A DNA stretch of 32,394 nt from an uncultured Rhodospirillales bacterium (GCA_964496805.1 CAZCBM010000003.1:1-32394); one strand, 5' to 3'. Positions 17,294 through 25,582 are shown, counted from the stretch's first letter. A program made the numbers and translations. The notes: generated from the letters alone by a model not told the origin.

Positions 17294-18520
17294 TCAGCGG
17301 CCCAACCAGCGCGGGTCACGCTCCAGCACCACCGTGTCCAACTGCTCCAGCTCAGCGGCGCCGAAGACGAAGGACCCCCGGTTGATCACCACCTGCATGG
17401 TGCCGCGGTGGTCGCTGTCGGTCCAAATGGACGGCTGGCAGACGCCCTCCAGGCCGGCGGGCACCCAGCCGCCCTCAGCTGCATGGGCGGCGGAATGGGC
17501 ATACATGCCCTGACGGATACCGGGGCCGGTGATCTCCCCATTCTCCGCCTTTGCCCATTCCATGGCTTCCTTCATGTAATAGGCGGTGCAGACGCCACGC
17601 AGATAGTGGTGGGTGGGGTTGGCGTCGGTGGGCTTGCCCGCCTGCTCCAGGATCGCGGTGATGGTGGCCATGCCCGGCACGTCAGTGCCATAGGGCGGGT
17701 TGGCGGAGGGGAACATCAACTCGCTGGCCTCAGCGGCCTTGATCGTCTCCTCATCGCCGCCCCAGACATTGGCCATGAACTGGGTCTCAACGCCGGCGGA
17801 GGAGCAGGACTTCAGCAGCGCGACGACGGAGCCGCCCAGGTTGCCGATCCAGGTGTATTCCGCCCCGCTCTCGCGGATGGACAGGCACTGCGGGGTGAAG
17901 TCACCGGGGGCCAGCGGCACCACGATGGGCTCCAGGACCTCGAAGCCCAACTCAGCGGCCCATTCGGCGCAGGCTTCCTTAGGGGCGTTGGGGTAGGGGT
18001 GGTTGTCGCCGGTGTGCAGGAACTTCGGGTTCTCGATCCCGCGCTCCTTGGCATCATTGGCAGCCCACTGGACCAGCGCCCGGCAGCCATCGGTGTAGCT
18101 GGGGCCATAGAAGAAGTTGTACGGGCTGTTGGACGGGTCGGTCAGGTGCCCGGAGTAGGAGGCGGACCAGGTCGGGACTTGGTCGTTCTTGACGATGTCC
18201 ACCAGCGCTTCGGTGTCGGCGGTGCCCCAGCCCTGGAGGGCCACCATACCGCGGGCCTGCCAGTCACGATAATAGGACAGGGCTTGGTCCACCTTATAGG
18301 CGTAGTCGACCGTATCCATGTTGATGGTGGTGCCGTCGATGCCGCCATTGGCGTTGATGTAGGCAACAGCGTCGGCGATGGCCGGGCCATAGAAGCTGCC
18401 GACGAAGGCAGTGGCACCGGTGAAGTCCACCAGGTGGCCAACGAACACCTCGTCGGCCTTGGCGGCGGAGACGCCGGCGGAAAGGGCCAGCGCAGTGGTG
18501 AGTACAAGAGCCTTCTTCAT
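17294..18520 (-). CDS. periplasmic substrate-binding protein, LivK/type-I PBP-like
   Basis: From the ATG at 18520, the signal peptide is MKKALVLTTALALSAGVSAAKA|DE, with a GGGAGGA RBS 10 nt upstream. It has PBP-like length (408 aa). The track start at 18640 adds 40 non-signal residues. Confidence 0.85.
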   Translation of the reverse strand: MKKALVLTTALALSAGVSAAKADEVFVGHLVDFTGATAFVGSFYGPAIADAVAYINANGGIDGTTINMDTVDYAYKVDQALSYYRDWQARGMVALQGWGTADTEALVDIVKNDQVPTWSASYSGHLTDPSNSPYNFFYGPSYTDGCRALVQWAANDAKERGIENPKFLHTGDNHPYPNAPKEACAEWAAELGFEVLEPIVVPLAPGDFTPQCLSIRESGAEYTWIGNLGGSVVALLKSCSSAGVETQFMANVWGGDEETIKAAEASELMFPSANPPYGTDVPGMATITAILEQAGKPTDANPTHHYLRGVCTAYYMKEAMEWAKAENGEITGPGIRQGMYAHSAAHAAEGGWVPAGLEGVCQPSIWTDSDHRGTMQVVINRGSFVFGAAELEQLDTVVLERDPRWLGR

Positions 18521-18591
18521 GGCGATAGAGTCCTCCCAGGACAAGTTATGGTTGCTTTGGGCCAAGGGTCGGCAGGGGGGCGGAACGGATC

Positions 18592-19776
18592 TCAGTACGC
18601 AAAGGGATAGAGCTTCACATAGGCTTTGATCCGCTTCCACAGATGGTTGAGACCATCCGGCTGGAAGATCAGGAAGAGGATAATGGCAAGGCCGATGGCC
18701 ATGCCACGGATGTAGGCTTGGGCGCTGGACAGGTCGGTGGACATCTCATATCCGACCACGGCCACCACGCTGGCCGCCAGGGCAAACAGGCTGCCCACCA
18801 GCCAACTGGCGGCATAGGGCAGCATGGTGATGAAAATCGCCCCCATCACCGTGCCCTGGATGGACCCAAGGCCGCCGATGATGATCATGGACAGAAACTC
18901 GATGGATCGCCCAATGGTGGCGAACTTGTCCACCTGCTCCAGGTCGAAGCGACCATTGTAGAACATGAACAGCCCGCCAGCGATGGCACCGAAAAAGGCG
19001 GCAATGGCAAAGCCCATAATCCGGTACTTGGCCAGATTGATGCCCATGATCTCCGCCGAAAGATAGTGATCGCGGACGGCCACCAGGGCGCGGCCATCAC
19101 GGCTGCGGATCAGGTTTGCCATGGCGATGAAACTGATCACGGCCACCAGCAGAACGACATAGAGGAACACCGGCGTATTGTTGATGAACTCAATGCCGAA
19201 CAGGGTCACCTCCGGCATGGTCCCGGCCGTCTCCTCATCCACCAACCAATGGGCGCGCTTGAGGAAGTCGCCCAGGATCACGGCGGCGGCCAGTGTGGCG
19301 ATGACCAGATAAATCCCCTTGATGCGCAGCGCCGGCAGCCCGAAGAGCGCGCCAGCGGCGGCACCGATGATCCCGGTCAGGGGCAAGGCCAGCAGCGGCG
19401 GGATGGGCGGCAAGCTGACACTCTCGTCGGTAAAGGGCAGGGTGCCCCCACGGCACAGCCAAGCGAACACCAGCGCCCCAAAGGCGAAGAACGCCCCTTG
19501 GCCCAGGCTGATCTGGCCTGTGAACCCCACCAGAATATTCAGGCCCAGGGCGGCAATGGCAAAAATGCCGATGGTGACAAGGTTGTTCATCAGGCCCGCG
19601 GTGGCGCCCTGTTCCCCAATCAACCGGTCGATGCCCGGGGCCAAGATCGGGAACAGGAAGCACAGGGAGATGAACACGCACACCCGCCAGAAGCTGCCAC
19701 GGGTGTCGTACAGCGTCATGTCGCTGGCATAGGTCTGGCGGAAGTCGCCGGCAGGGCGGCGGGAGGCGGCTAACAT
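18592..19776 (-). CDS. ABC transporter permease, LivM-like
   Basis: Polytopic membrane protein with the HAAT-family motif GQISLGQGAFFAFGA. Confidence 0.85.
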   Translation of the reverse strand: MLAASRRPAGDFRQTYASDMTLYDTRGSFWRVCVFISLCFLFPILAPGIDRLIGEQGATAGLMNNLVTIGIFAIAALGLNILVGFTGQISLGQGAFFAFGALVFAWLCRGGTLPFTDESVSLPPIPPLLALPLTGIIGAAAGALFGLPALRIKGIYLVIATLAAAVILGDFLKRAHWLVDEETAGTMPEVTLFGIEFINNTPVFLYVVLLVAVISFIAMANLIRSRDGRALVAVRDHYLSAEIMGINLAKYRIMGFAIAAFFGAIAGGLFMFYNGRFDLEQVDKFATIGRSIEFLSMIIIGGLGSIQGTVMGAIFITMLPYAASWLVGSLFALAASVVAVVGYEMSTDLSSAQAYIRGMAIGLAIILFLIFQPDGLNHLWKRIKAYVKLYPFAY

Positions 19777-19782
19777 GGCGGC

Positions 19783-20871
19783 TCAGACCCTTTCAATATC
19801 TTTGGTGCCGAACAGCCCGTAGGGCTTGATCATCATCACAATCAGCAGGACCCAGAAGGGCGCCACCTCCACCAGGTTCATGCCCCCACCGAGGCCCAGT
19901 TCAATCCACGCGGAAAGGCGCTGAACCACCCCGATGATCACACCCCCGACGATGCCCCCGGCAATGCTGTCCAGGCCGCCGACGATGGCTGCGGGGAACA
20001 CCGCAATCCCGTTGGCTGCCAGTTCTCCGCTCATGGAGTTGATCAGCGCAAACTGGATGCCGGCCACGGCGGACACTAGGGCGCTGATCCCCCACGCCAG
20101 GGCGAACACGCTGCGCACCGAAACCCCCAGGCTGGCGGCCACCTGCTGATCGAAGGCGGTTGCACGCATGGCAAGGCCGTGGCGGGACATTCGGAAGAAG
20201 GTGTAGAACAGGATCGTGATGCCGATGGCCAGGACAGCGCCCAGCGCCAGGGAAGCATTCTGGTTGGTCCCCAGGATCTCCACGTTTCCACGGCAGACCA
20301 GTTGCAAATCCGCCAGGGTGTCGGCGGGAACATTCTCCTCCAGACGGCGGGCCAAGGACCTCACCTTCAGGTTATCGCAGAGGTCCTGGATGGTGAGGAT
20401 CCCCTCCTCCCGCGAGCGCGCCCCGGCACCGGCCCAATCAAATCGGCCAACGATGCCGCCCTGAAGCGTATCCGACACCCACTGGGAGACGTTGGGCATG
20501 CTCTGTGCGGCGGTGCCGAACATCCACTTCAGCAACGAGTTGAAGAACAGCGACAGGCCAATGGTCACCATGATCACGGAGATCAGCGGCTCGCCCAGCA
20601 GGGGGCGCATCACCACCACCTGGATCAGCACACCGATGACAAAGGTAAAACCCAGGGTGACCAGGAAGGCCAACCAGAAGGGTAACCCCACCTGCGCCAC
20701 CATGGCCCAACCGATCCAGCCCCCCAGGATCAGGAACTCGCCCTGAGCAAAGTTCACCACCTGCGTGGACTTGTAGATCAAGACAAAGCACATCGCGACC
20801 ATGCCATACAGCAGGCCCACCAGCACCCCATTGATCAGATACTCGGGTAGAACGCCAATGTTCTCAAACAT
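19783..20871 (-). CDS. ABC transporter permease, LivH-like, with an enlarged hydrophilic loop
   Basis: N-terminal VVNFAQGEFLILGG and C-terminal LivH-like TM segments are present. A hydrophilic segment of roughly 85 aa (residues about 120-207) lies between TM helices. As I remember E. coli LivH, its equivalent loop is about 35 aa. Confidence 0.85.
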   Translation of the reverse strand: MFENIGVLPEYLINGVLVGLLYGMVAMCFVLIYKSTQVVNFAQGEFLILGGWIGWAMVAQVGLPFWLAFLVTLGFTFVIGVLIQVVVMRPLLGEPLISVIMVTIGLSLFFNSLLKWMFGTAAQSMPNVSQWVSDTLQGGIVGRFDWAGAGARSREEGILTIQDLCDNLKVRSLARRLEENVPADTLADLQLVCRGNVEILGTNQNASLALGAVLAIGITILFYTFFRMSRHGLAMRATAFDQQVAASLGVSVRSVFALAWGISALVSAVAGIQFALINSMSGELAANGIAVFPAAIVGGLDSIAGGIVGGVIIGVVQRLSAWIELGLGGGMNLVEVAPFWVLLIVMMIKPYGLFGTKDIERV

Positions 20872-20910
20872 GCCAAGACCTCCCGGTTGCGAGGACGCTA
20901 AAGGGTTCGG

Positions 20911-22890
20911 TCATGCCAGCGCCTCCGCGGCAGGGGCTTGAGGGTGCAGAGAGTCGCCATCGGGTTCCCCCGGTCGCAGGTCGACAATGCGCAGTGAGGT
21001 CTTGATCCGCTGGCTGCTGCCGTCCTGGAACTGGATGGTGGTGTCGATGTCCACCATGTCCTGGCCTGTATAGAGGGAGTCAATAATGCCAGCGTACTTT
21101 TCGTCAATGACGGTACGGCGTACTTTGCGGGTTCTTGTCAGTTCGCCATCGTCGGCATCCAGTTCCTTATACAGCAACAAGAACTTTCGGATCTGCTGGG
21201 CCGGTGGCAGTGACTTGTTCACTGTCTCCACTTCCCGCCTAATCAAATCATATACCTGTGGCTTGGACGAGAGATCGGTATACGTCGTGTAGTTGATCCG
21301 CTGTTTCTCCGCCCATTTGCTGATAATGGACCAGCGAATACAAATCATCGTGGTGAGATAGGGTCGATTACGGCCCAGGACCACGGTCTCCCCGACAAAG
21401 GGCGAGAATTTCAGTTTGTTCTCAATATACTGCGGTGAGAAGCGGGTGCCTTGGGAGGTGGTGGCAAGGTCTTTCACCCGATCAATCACGATTAGATGGT
21501 TCTTTTTGTCCAGATAGCCGGCATCACCAGTGTGCATCCAGCCCTGGTCATCGTAGGTCTCGGCCGTTGCCTCCGGATTGCGGTAGTAAGCCTGCATCAT
21601 GAAGGGATGCCGGGTGATGATCTCCCCCAAGCCTTCGTGGTCCGGATTGTCAATGCGCAGTTCAACGCCGCGGAAGGGCAGGCCGACCGTCTCATAATCC
21701 ACCTGGTCGGCAGGATGGAGCGTGTACGCCCCCATCAATTCAGTCTGACCATAGAGTTGGCGGAGGGGCACGCCGATGGCCAGGAAGAACTTGAACGTAT
21801 CCGGCCCCAAAGCGGCACCACCTGTGGCGGCGGACCGCAGGCGGGTGAACCCCATGCGGTCACGCAGGTGCCATCCCACGGCCAAGTCGACCAGCTTAGA
21901 CTTTTTGCCATTCTCAACCGCAGCGATGCCCTTCTTCACGCCCCAATCAAACAGGCGGCGCTTGAAACTGTCGGCGTCCATCACCTTGGCACGAATATCG
22001 GCGGCCAATTGCTCCCAAACCCGCGGGGCAAACAGCGCGAAGGTGGGAGAAATCTCCCGCATATCAGCCATCAGCGTGGCTTCTTCTTCGGCGAAGTTGA
22101 CCTTCAGGCGCGCCAGCAGCCACCACCCCACCATGTAGATCTGCCCCATGATCCAACTGAGCGGCAAGTTGGCCACCACCTCATCGTCCGGCCCCATGGG
22201 GTCAGCCTCCAGGTACCGCTCGCAATGTTGCAGCAGCATCCGGTGGGTGATTTCCGCCAGCTTGGGGCGGGACGTGGTGCCCGAGGTGGTGCACAAAACG
22301 CAGACATCCTCCCCCTTGCCGGCGGAGACCATCTCGTCAAACAGGGCAGGTTTGTTCTGCTGGGTTGCCTCGCCATGGGCGACCAGGTCAGCCAAGCTAA
22401 TCAGGCGCGGATCGTCATATCTGCGCATACCGCGGGGGTCATCGAAGATGATGTGCTGAAGGGTCGGTATCTCGTCCTCAAGATTGAGGATCTTGTCCAC
22501 CTGTTCCTCATCTTCACAGAAGATCGCTTTCACATCCGCATAGGTCAGCAGATAGCGGATCTCATCTTCCAGGGCATCGCGATAGATCCCCAGGCTCATG
22601 CCCTGGATCGCGTGGGCAGCCAACTCTCCCATGATCCAGGCCGGGCGATTATCACCCAGAAGCGCCACCACATCGCCCTTGCCCAGGCCCAGGTGATGCA
22701 GGCCCAGTGCCATGCAGCGGACGCGGCGGAACACCGTGATCCAGTCGAACGTCTGCCAGATGCCATATTCCTTTTCGCGCAGCGCGGCGTCGGCACCATG
22801 GTGGTCAGCATTCTCCTGCAACACCTTCAGGGTGGTGTCGTGGACCTCCAGGTTGGGCAGACGGTGGCCGTTGGGCAGGGTCACACTCAT
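20911..22890 (-). CDS. long-chain-type AMP-dependent acyl-CoA ligase embedded in the ABC transporter operon
   Basis: 659 aa with TTSGTTSRPK (A3), YGQTE, HTGD and GELTRTRKVRR (A10 of the long-chain subfamily). The start lies 5 nt after the LivG-like stop. Confidence 0.9.
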   Translation of the reverse strand: MSVTLPNGHRLPNLEVHDTTLKVLQENADHHGADAALREKEYGIWQTFDWITVFRRVRCMALGLHHLGLGKGDVVALLGDNRPAWIMGELAAHAIQGMSLGIYRDALEDEIRYLLTYADVKAIFCEDEEQVDKILNLEDEIPTLQHIIFDDPRGMRRYDDPRLISLADLVAHGEATQQNKPALFDEMVSAGKGEDVCVLCTTSGTTSRPKLAEITHRMLLQHCERYLEADPMGPDDEVVANLPLSWIMGQIYMVGWWLLARLKVNFAEEEATLMADMREISPTFALFAPRVWEQLAADIRAKVMDADSFKRRLFDWGVKKGIAAVENGKKSKLVDLAVGWHLRDRMGFTRLRSAATGGAALGPDTFKFFLAIGVPLRQLYGQTELMGAYTLHPADQVDYETVGLPFRGVELRIDNPDHEGLGEIITRHPFMMQAYYRNPEATAETYDDQGWMHTGDAGYLDKKNHLIVIDRVKDLATTSQGTRFSPQYIENKLKFSPFVGETVVLGRNRPYLTTMICIRWSIISKWAEKQRINYTTYTDLSSKPQVYDLIRREVETVNKSLPPAQQIRKFLLLYKELDADDGELTRTRKVRRTVIDEKYAGIIDSLYTGQDMVDIDTTIQFQDGSSQRIKTSLRIVDLRPGEPDGDSLHPQAPAAEALA

Positions 22891-22895
22891 GGGGC

Positions 22896-23789
22896 TTACT
22901 CCGCGGCTTCGGCTTTGTCGGCAGCGCTGCCGGTCTCGTCCTCATCATCTTCCAGGGACTCACCCAGATAGGCGGTCTTGACCTGGGGATGGGCCATGAC
23001 ATCGGCCGGCAGGCCCTCGGCGATCTTTTTGCCGAAATCCAGCACCACCACCCGTTGGCTGATGTCCATGACGACGCCCATGTCATGCTCGATCATGATG
23101 ACCGTCATGCCCCATTCTTCATTCAGGTCCATGACGTAGCGGGCCATATCCTCCTTCTCCTCCAGGTTCATGCCCGCCATGGGCTCATCCAGGAGGATTA
23201 GGTCTGGCTTCAACGCAATGGCACGGGCCAGTTCCACGCGCTTACGCAGGCCATAGGACAACACACCAGCCGGCTGGTTGCGCACATGCTGGATTTCCAG
23301 AAAGTCGATGATGTCCTCAACCGCGCGTCGGTGCTCAATCTCTTCTTGCTGCGCCCCAAACAACCAATAGAAGCACCCTGTCAGTACGTTGTTTTTGATC
23401 AGGTGGTGACGACCCACCAAAATATTGTCCAGGACTGACATGTGGCCGAACAAAGCCAAGTTTTGGAAGGTTCGCCCGATGCCCAGATCCGCCCTGGAAT
23501 TGATGGATCGGCGGATCAAGTCCTCACCGCGATAGGTGATGGACCCCTCATTGGGCTTGTAGCGCCCCGAGATGCAATTCAGCGTTGAGGTCTTGCCAGC
23601 ACCATTGGGGCCGATGATCGATACCAACTCCCCCTTGTCCACATGAAAGGACAGGTTGCTCAGGGCCTTCAGTCCCCCAAAGCGCAAGGAGATGTTGTCG
23701 ACCGTCAGCAGTCGTTCCTTTGCGGAGGAAACGGCAGATGCGGCAGGGTTTGTGCCTTGATCAGGCAACACAGCAGCCGGGCTGGACAA
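22896..23789 (-). CDS. ABC transporter ATP-binding protein, LivG-like
   Basis: Walker A GPNGAGKTS and LSYGLRKRVELARAIALKPDLILLDEPMAGM are present. It has an acidic C-terminal tail, ESLEDDEDETGSAADKAEAAE. There is no in-frame ATG near the N-terminus. The TTG at 23789 has GAGGAGG 9 nt upstream, and a GTG at 23771 is an alternative. Confidence 0.85.
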   Translation of the reverse strand: MSSPAAVLPDQGTNPAASAVSSAKERLLTVDNISLRFGGLKALSNLSFHVDKGELVSIIGPNGAGKTSTLNCISGRYKPNEGSITYRGEDLIRRSINSRADLGIGRTFQNLALFGHMSVLDNILVGRHHLIKNNVLTGCFYWLFGAQQEEIEHRRAVEDIIDFLEIQHVRNQPAGVLSYGLRKRVELARAIALKPDLILLDEPMAGMNLEEKEDMARYVMDLNEEWGMTVIMIEHDMGVVMDISQRVVVLDFGKKIAEGLPADVMAHPQVKTAYLGESLEDDEDETGSAADKAEAAE

Positions 23790-23995
23790 AGGACCAGACC
23801 CTCCTCTTCAGCGTTGTTCCAAGCGGCCTATTGCTTAATTTGTGTCCTTGGCCGCCCTGGTTCCGCCCGCCGGGCGAAGAACCAGTCCCTTGTGCCTGAT
23901 AGTGCCGTTCCCTCTGTTGCGGCCCCCCCTCATATGTGAAGACGGCCATGGGGTTCGTGATCACCTTTCAGGCACCTCATGTCTGCTGCCCAAGC

Positions 23996-24016
23996 CGCTT
24001 GTCTGTCAAGCGTTTT
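23996..24016. promoter_or_regulatory. inverted repeat CGCTTG-N5-CAAGCG plus TTTT in the 304-bp region upstream of the transporter operon
   Basis: Read directly. On the minus strand the repeat contains TTGACA. There is no plus-strand gene it could terminate, so it is a candidate operator or promoter element. Confidence 0.25.
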
Positions 24017-24093
24017 GGTCAAACCGATCCCCCTGGAGTGAATAATTGCCCACGAAGGGGCGGACGAGGCGGGGGCGCTGTCCCCAAGGATGG

Positions 24094-25221
24094 TCAGCCC
24101 AGATGTCGGGCGATCAGCAGCTTCTGGATGTCGCTGGTCCCTTCGTAGATGGTGCATAGCCGCACGTCCCGATAGATACGCTCCACCGGATAGTCTGAGA
24201 GGTAGCCATACCCGCCCAGGGTCTGGATCGCCACGGAGCAGATGTCCTCTGCGGCCTCGCTGGCGAAGAGCTTGGCCATGGCGGCTTGCTTGAGGCAAGG
24301 CTCACCCGCATCCTTCATCCGGGCTGCGTTCAGCACCAACTGCCGGGAGGCCTCCAGTTTGGTGGCCATGTCAGCCAACCGAAACCCAACGGCCTGGAAA
24401 TCGAAAATGGGCTGATCGAAGGACCGGCGGTCCTTGGCATAGGCGATGGCATGGTCCAGTGCCGATTGGGCCATGCCGACGGAGATGGCGCCAATGCCGA
24501 TCCGCCCACTCTCCAGGGTCGACAAGGCGATCTTGTATCCTTCCCCCTCCGCGCCCAGCAGCAAGTCCCGGGATACCTTCATGTCATTGAACGCAAGCGC
24601 CGCCGTGTTGCAGGCTCGCTGGCCCATCTTCTCCTCCACGCGCAACACTTCATAGCCCGGCGTTTGCTTGGGCACGATGAAGGCACTGATCCCCCGTTTG
24701 CCGGCGTTGGGATCGGTGACCGCAAAGACAATGCAGACCCCCGGCAGGCCGCCGCCCGTGATGAATTGTTTTGCGCCATTCAGCACATAAGCATCGCCCT
24801 GGCGCACCGCGCGTGTCGTGAGCGCGGCAGCGTCGGACCCGGCGCCCGGTTCGGTCAAGGCAAAGCTGCCATAGAGGGCACCGGTAGCCATTGCCGGCAG
24901 GAAGCGTTGCTTCTGCGCCTCGGTCCCAAAGCGGGTGATGCAAGACGCCGTGGGCGAATTGTGGACGGAGACCAGGGTTCCCACCCCGCCATCACCACCG
25001 CCGATGGCCTCCAGCGCCAGCGCGTAAGAAACATAGTCGCTCCCCAGCCCGCCGAAAGCCTCAGGGATCATCATCCCCATAAAGCCCATCTCCCCCAATT
25101 GGCTCAGCAGCTCGGGTGGATAGTCCTTGGCCTTCTCCCATGCCTCTGCATGGGGTGCCAGTTGCTCCTGGGCGTATGCCTGAGCTGTGTCGCGCAACAG
25201 GATTTGGTCTTCGGTCAGCAT
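24094..25221 (-). CDS. short/branched-chain acyl-CoA dehydrogenase
   Basis: 375 aa with FALTEPGAGSDAAALTT and IYEGTSDIQKLLIARHL. An in-frame stop at 25237-25239 fixes the start at 25221. Confidence 0.9.
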   Translation of the reverse strand: MLTEDQILLRDTAQAYAQEQLAPHAEAWEKAKDYPPELLSQLGEMGFMGMMIPEAFGGLGSDYVSYALALEAIGGGDGGVGTLVSVHNSPTASCITRFGTEAQKQRFLPAMATGALYGSFALTEPGAGSDAAALTTRAVRQGDAYVLNGAKQFITGGGLPGVCIVFAVTDPNAGKRGISAFIVPKQTPGYEVLRVEEKMGQRACNTAALAFNDMKVSRDLLLGAEGEGYKIALSTLESGRIGIGAISVGMAQSALDHAIAYAKDRRSFDQPIFDFQAVGFRLADMATKLEASRQLVLNAARMKDAGEPCLKQAAMAKLFASEAAEDICSVAIQTLGGYGYLSDYPVERIYRDVRLCTIYEGTSDIQKLLIARHLG

Positions 25222-25225
25222 CGGG

Positions 25226-25273
25226 CAGGGTCTCTGTCAGGGTCTTTGCCAGGGTCTTGAGCAGTGTCTTTGG
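25226..25273. repeat. four tandem 12-bp repeats (consensus CAGGGTCTTTGN) abutting the dehydrogenase start codon
   Basis: The units are cagggtctctgt / cagggtctttgc / cagggtcttgag / cagtgtctttgg. A decaying 12-bp CAG periodicity continues to about 25309. Confidence 0.7.
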
Positions 25274-25398
25274 CAAGGGCGGCAGTCAGCGGGCCAGTCA
25301 TGCAGGGCATTGATCGGCGGAGCCATCGCAAGGGTCCTCCATACGCGAGGGCGATGGCCCCCACCAAGGGGTGATCATGCCCAAGGTTTCATCGGCCG

Positions 25399-25420
25399 TG
25401 TAAGGAAGCTTGTAAGGAAG
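25399..25420. promoter_or_regulatory. direct repeat TGTAAGGAAG x2 (12-bp period) in the divergent intergenic region
   Basis: TGTAAGGAAG occurs at 25399-25408 and 25411-25420, separated by CT. The patch is locally AT-rich and lies between divergent genes. Confidence 0.4.
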
Positions 25421-25531
25421 ACGGGCTTGCCGTGGAATGGCCCTTCTGCAGGCTCATTGTCCCCTTGATGCTGCCATGGCTCAGCGGTAGAGCGCTTTTC
25501 CATCAGTCTGGCCCTTTCCTATCTCCCGTCT

Positions 25532-25582
25532 GGCCACCCGTTGCGACGATGCTGCCGTGAGTGGTCGGGCAGGGGAGAGGGA
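25532..25582. repeat. diverged second copy of the 5457-5523 palindromic element
   Basis: Ungapped alignment of 25532-25582 with 5473-5523 gives 38 of 51 identical positions by my hand count, covering arm, loop and arm. The hairpin GGCCACCC / GAGTGGTC is still possible with one mismatch and one G-U pair. Confidence 0.45.

Noticed and set aside
25061-25276. A 71-aa ORF with a KTLxKTLxKTL peptide repeat.
   Set aside because: It is an artefact of translating the 12-bp DNA tandem repeat. It overlaps the dehydrogenase start out of frame and has no RBS.
25226-25309. The 12-bp tandem repeats as a possible CRISPR-like or minisatellite array.
   Set aside because: The units are contiguous with no spacers, only 12 bp long and lack repeat-spacer architecture. 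No cas genes are present. I kept it as a regulatory or structural repeat instead.
25470-25511. A tRNA-like string, GCTGCCA-TG-GCTCAGCGGTAGAGC-G, which reads as an acceptor 5' half plus a textbook D-arm.
   Set aside because: What follows cannot form an anticodon stem (CTTTT / TCTGG do not pair). There is no GTTCRANYC T-loop and no matching acceptor 3' strand on either strand. The segment also resembles the nearby repeat copy at 25548-25570, so it is more likely a degenerate repeat or a chance match than a tRNA gene or clear att remnant.
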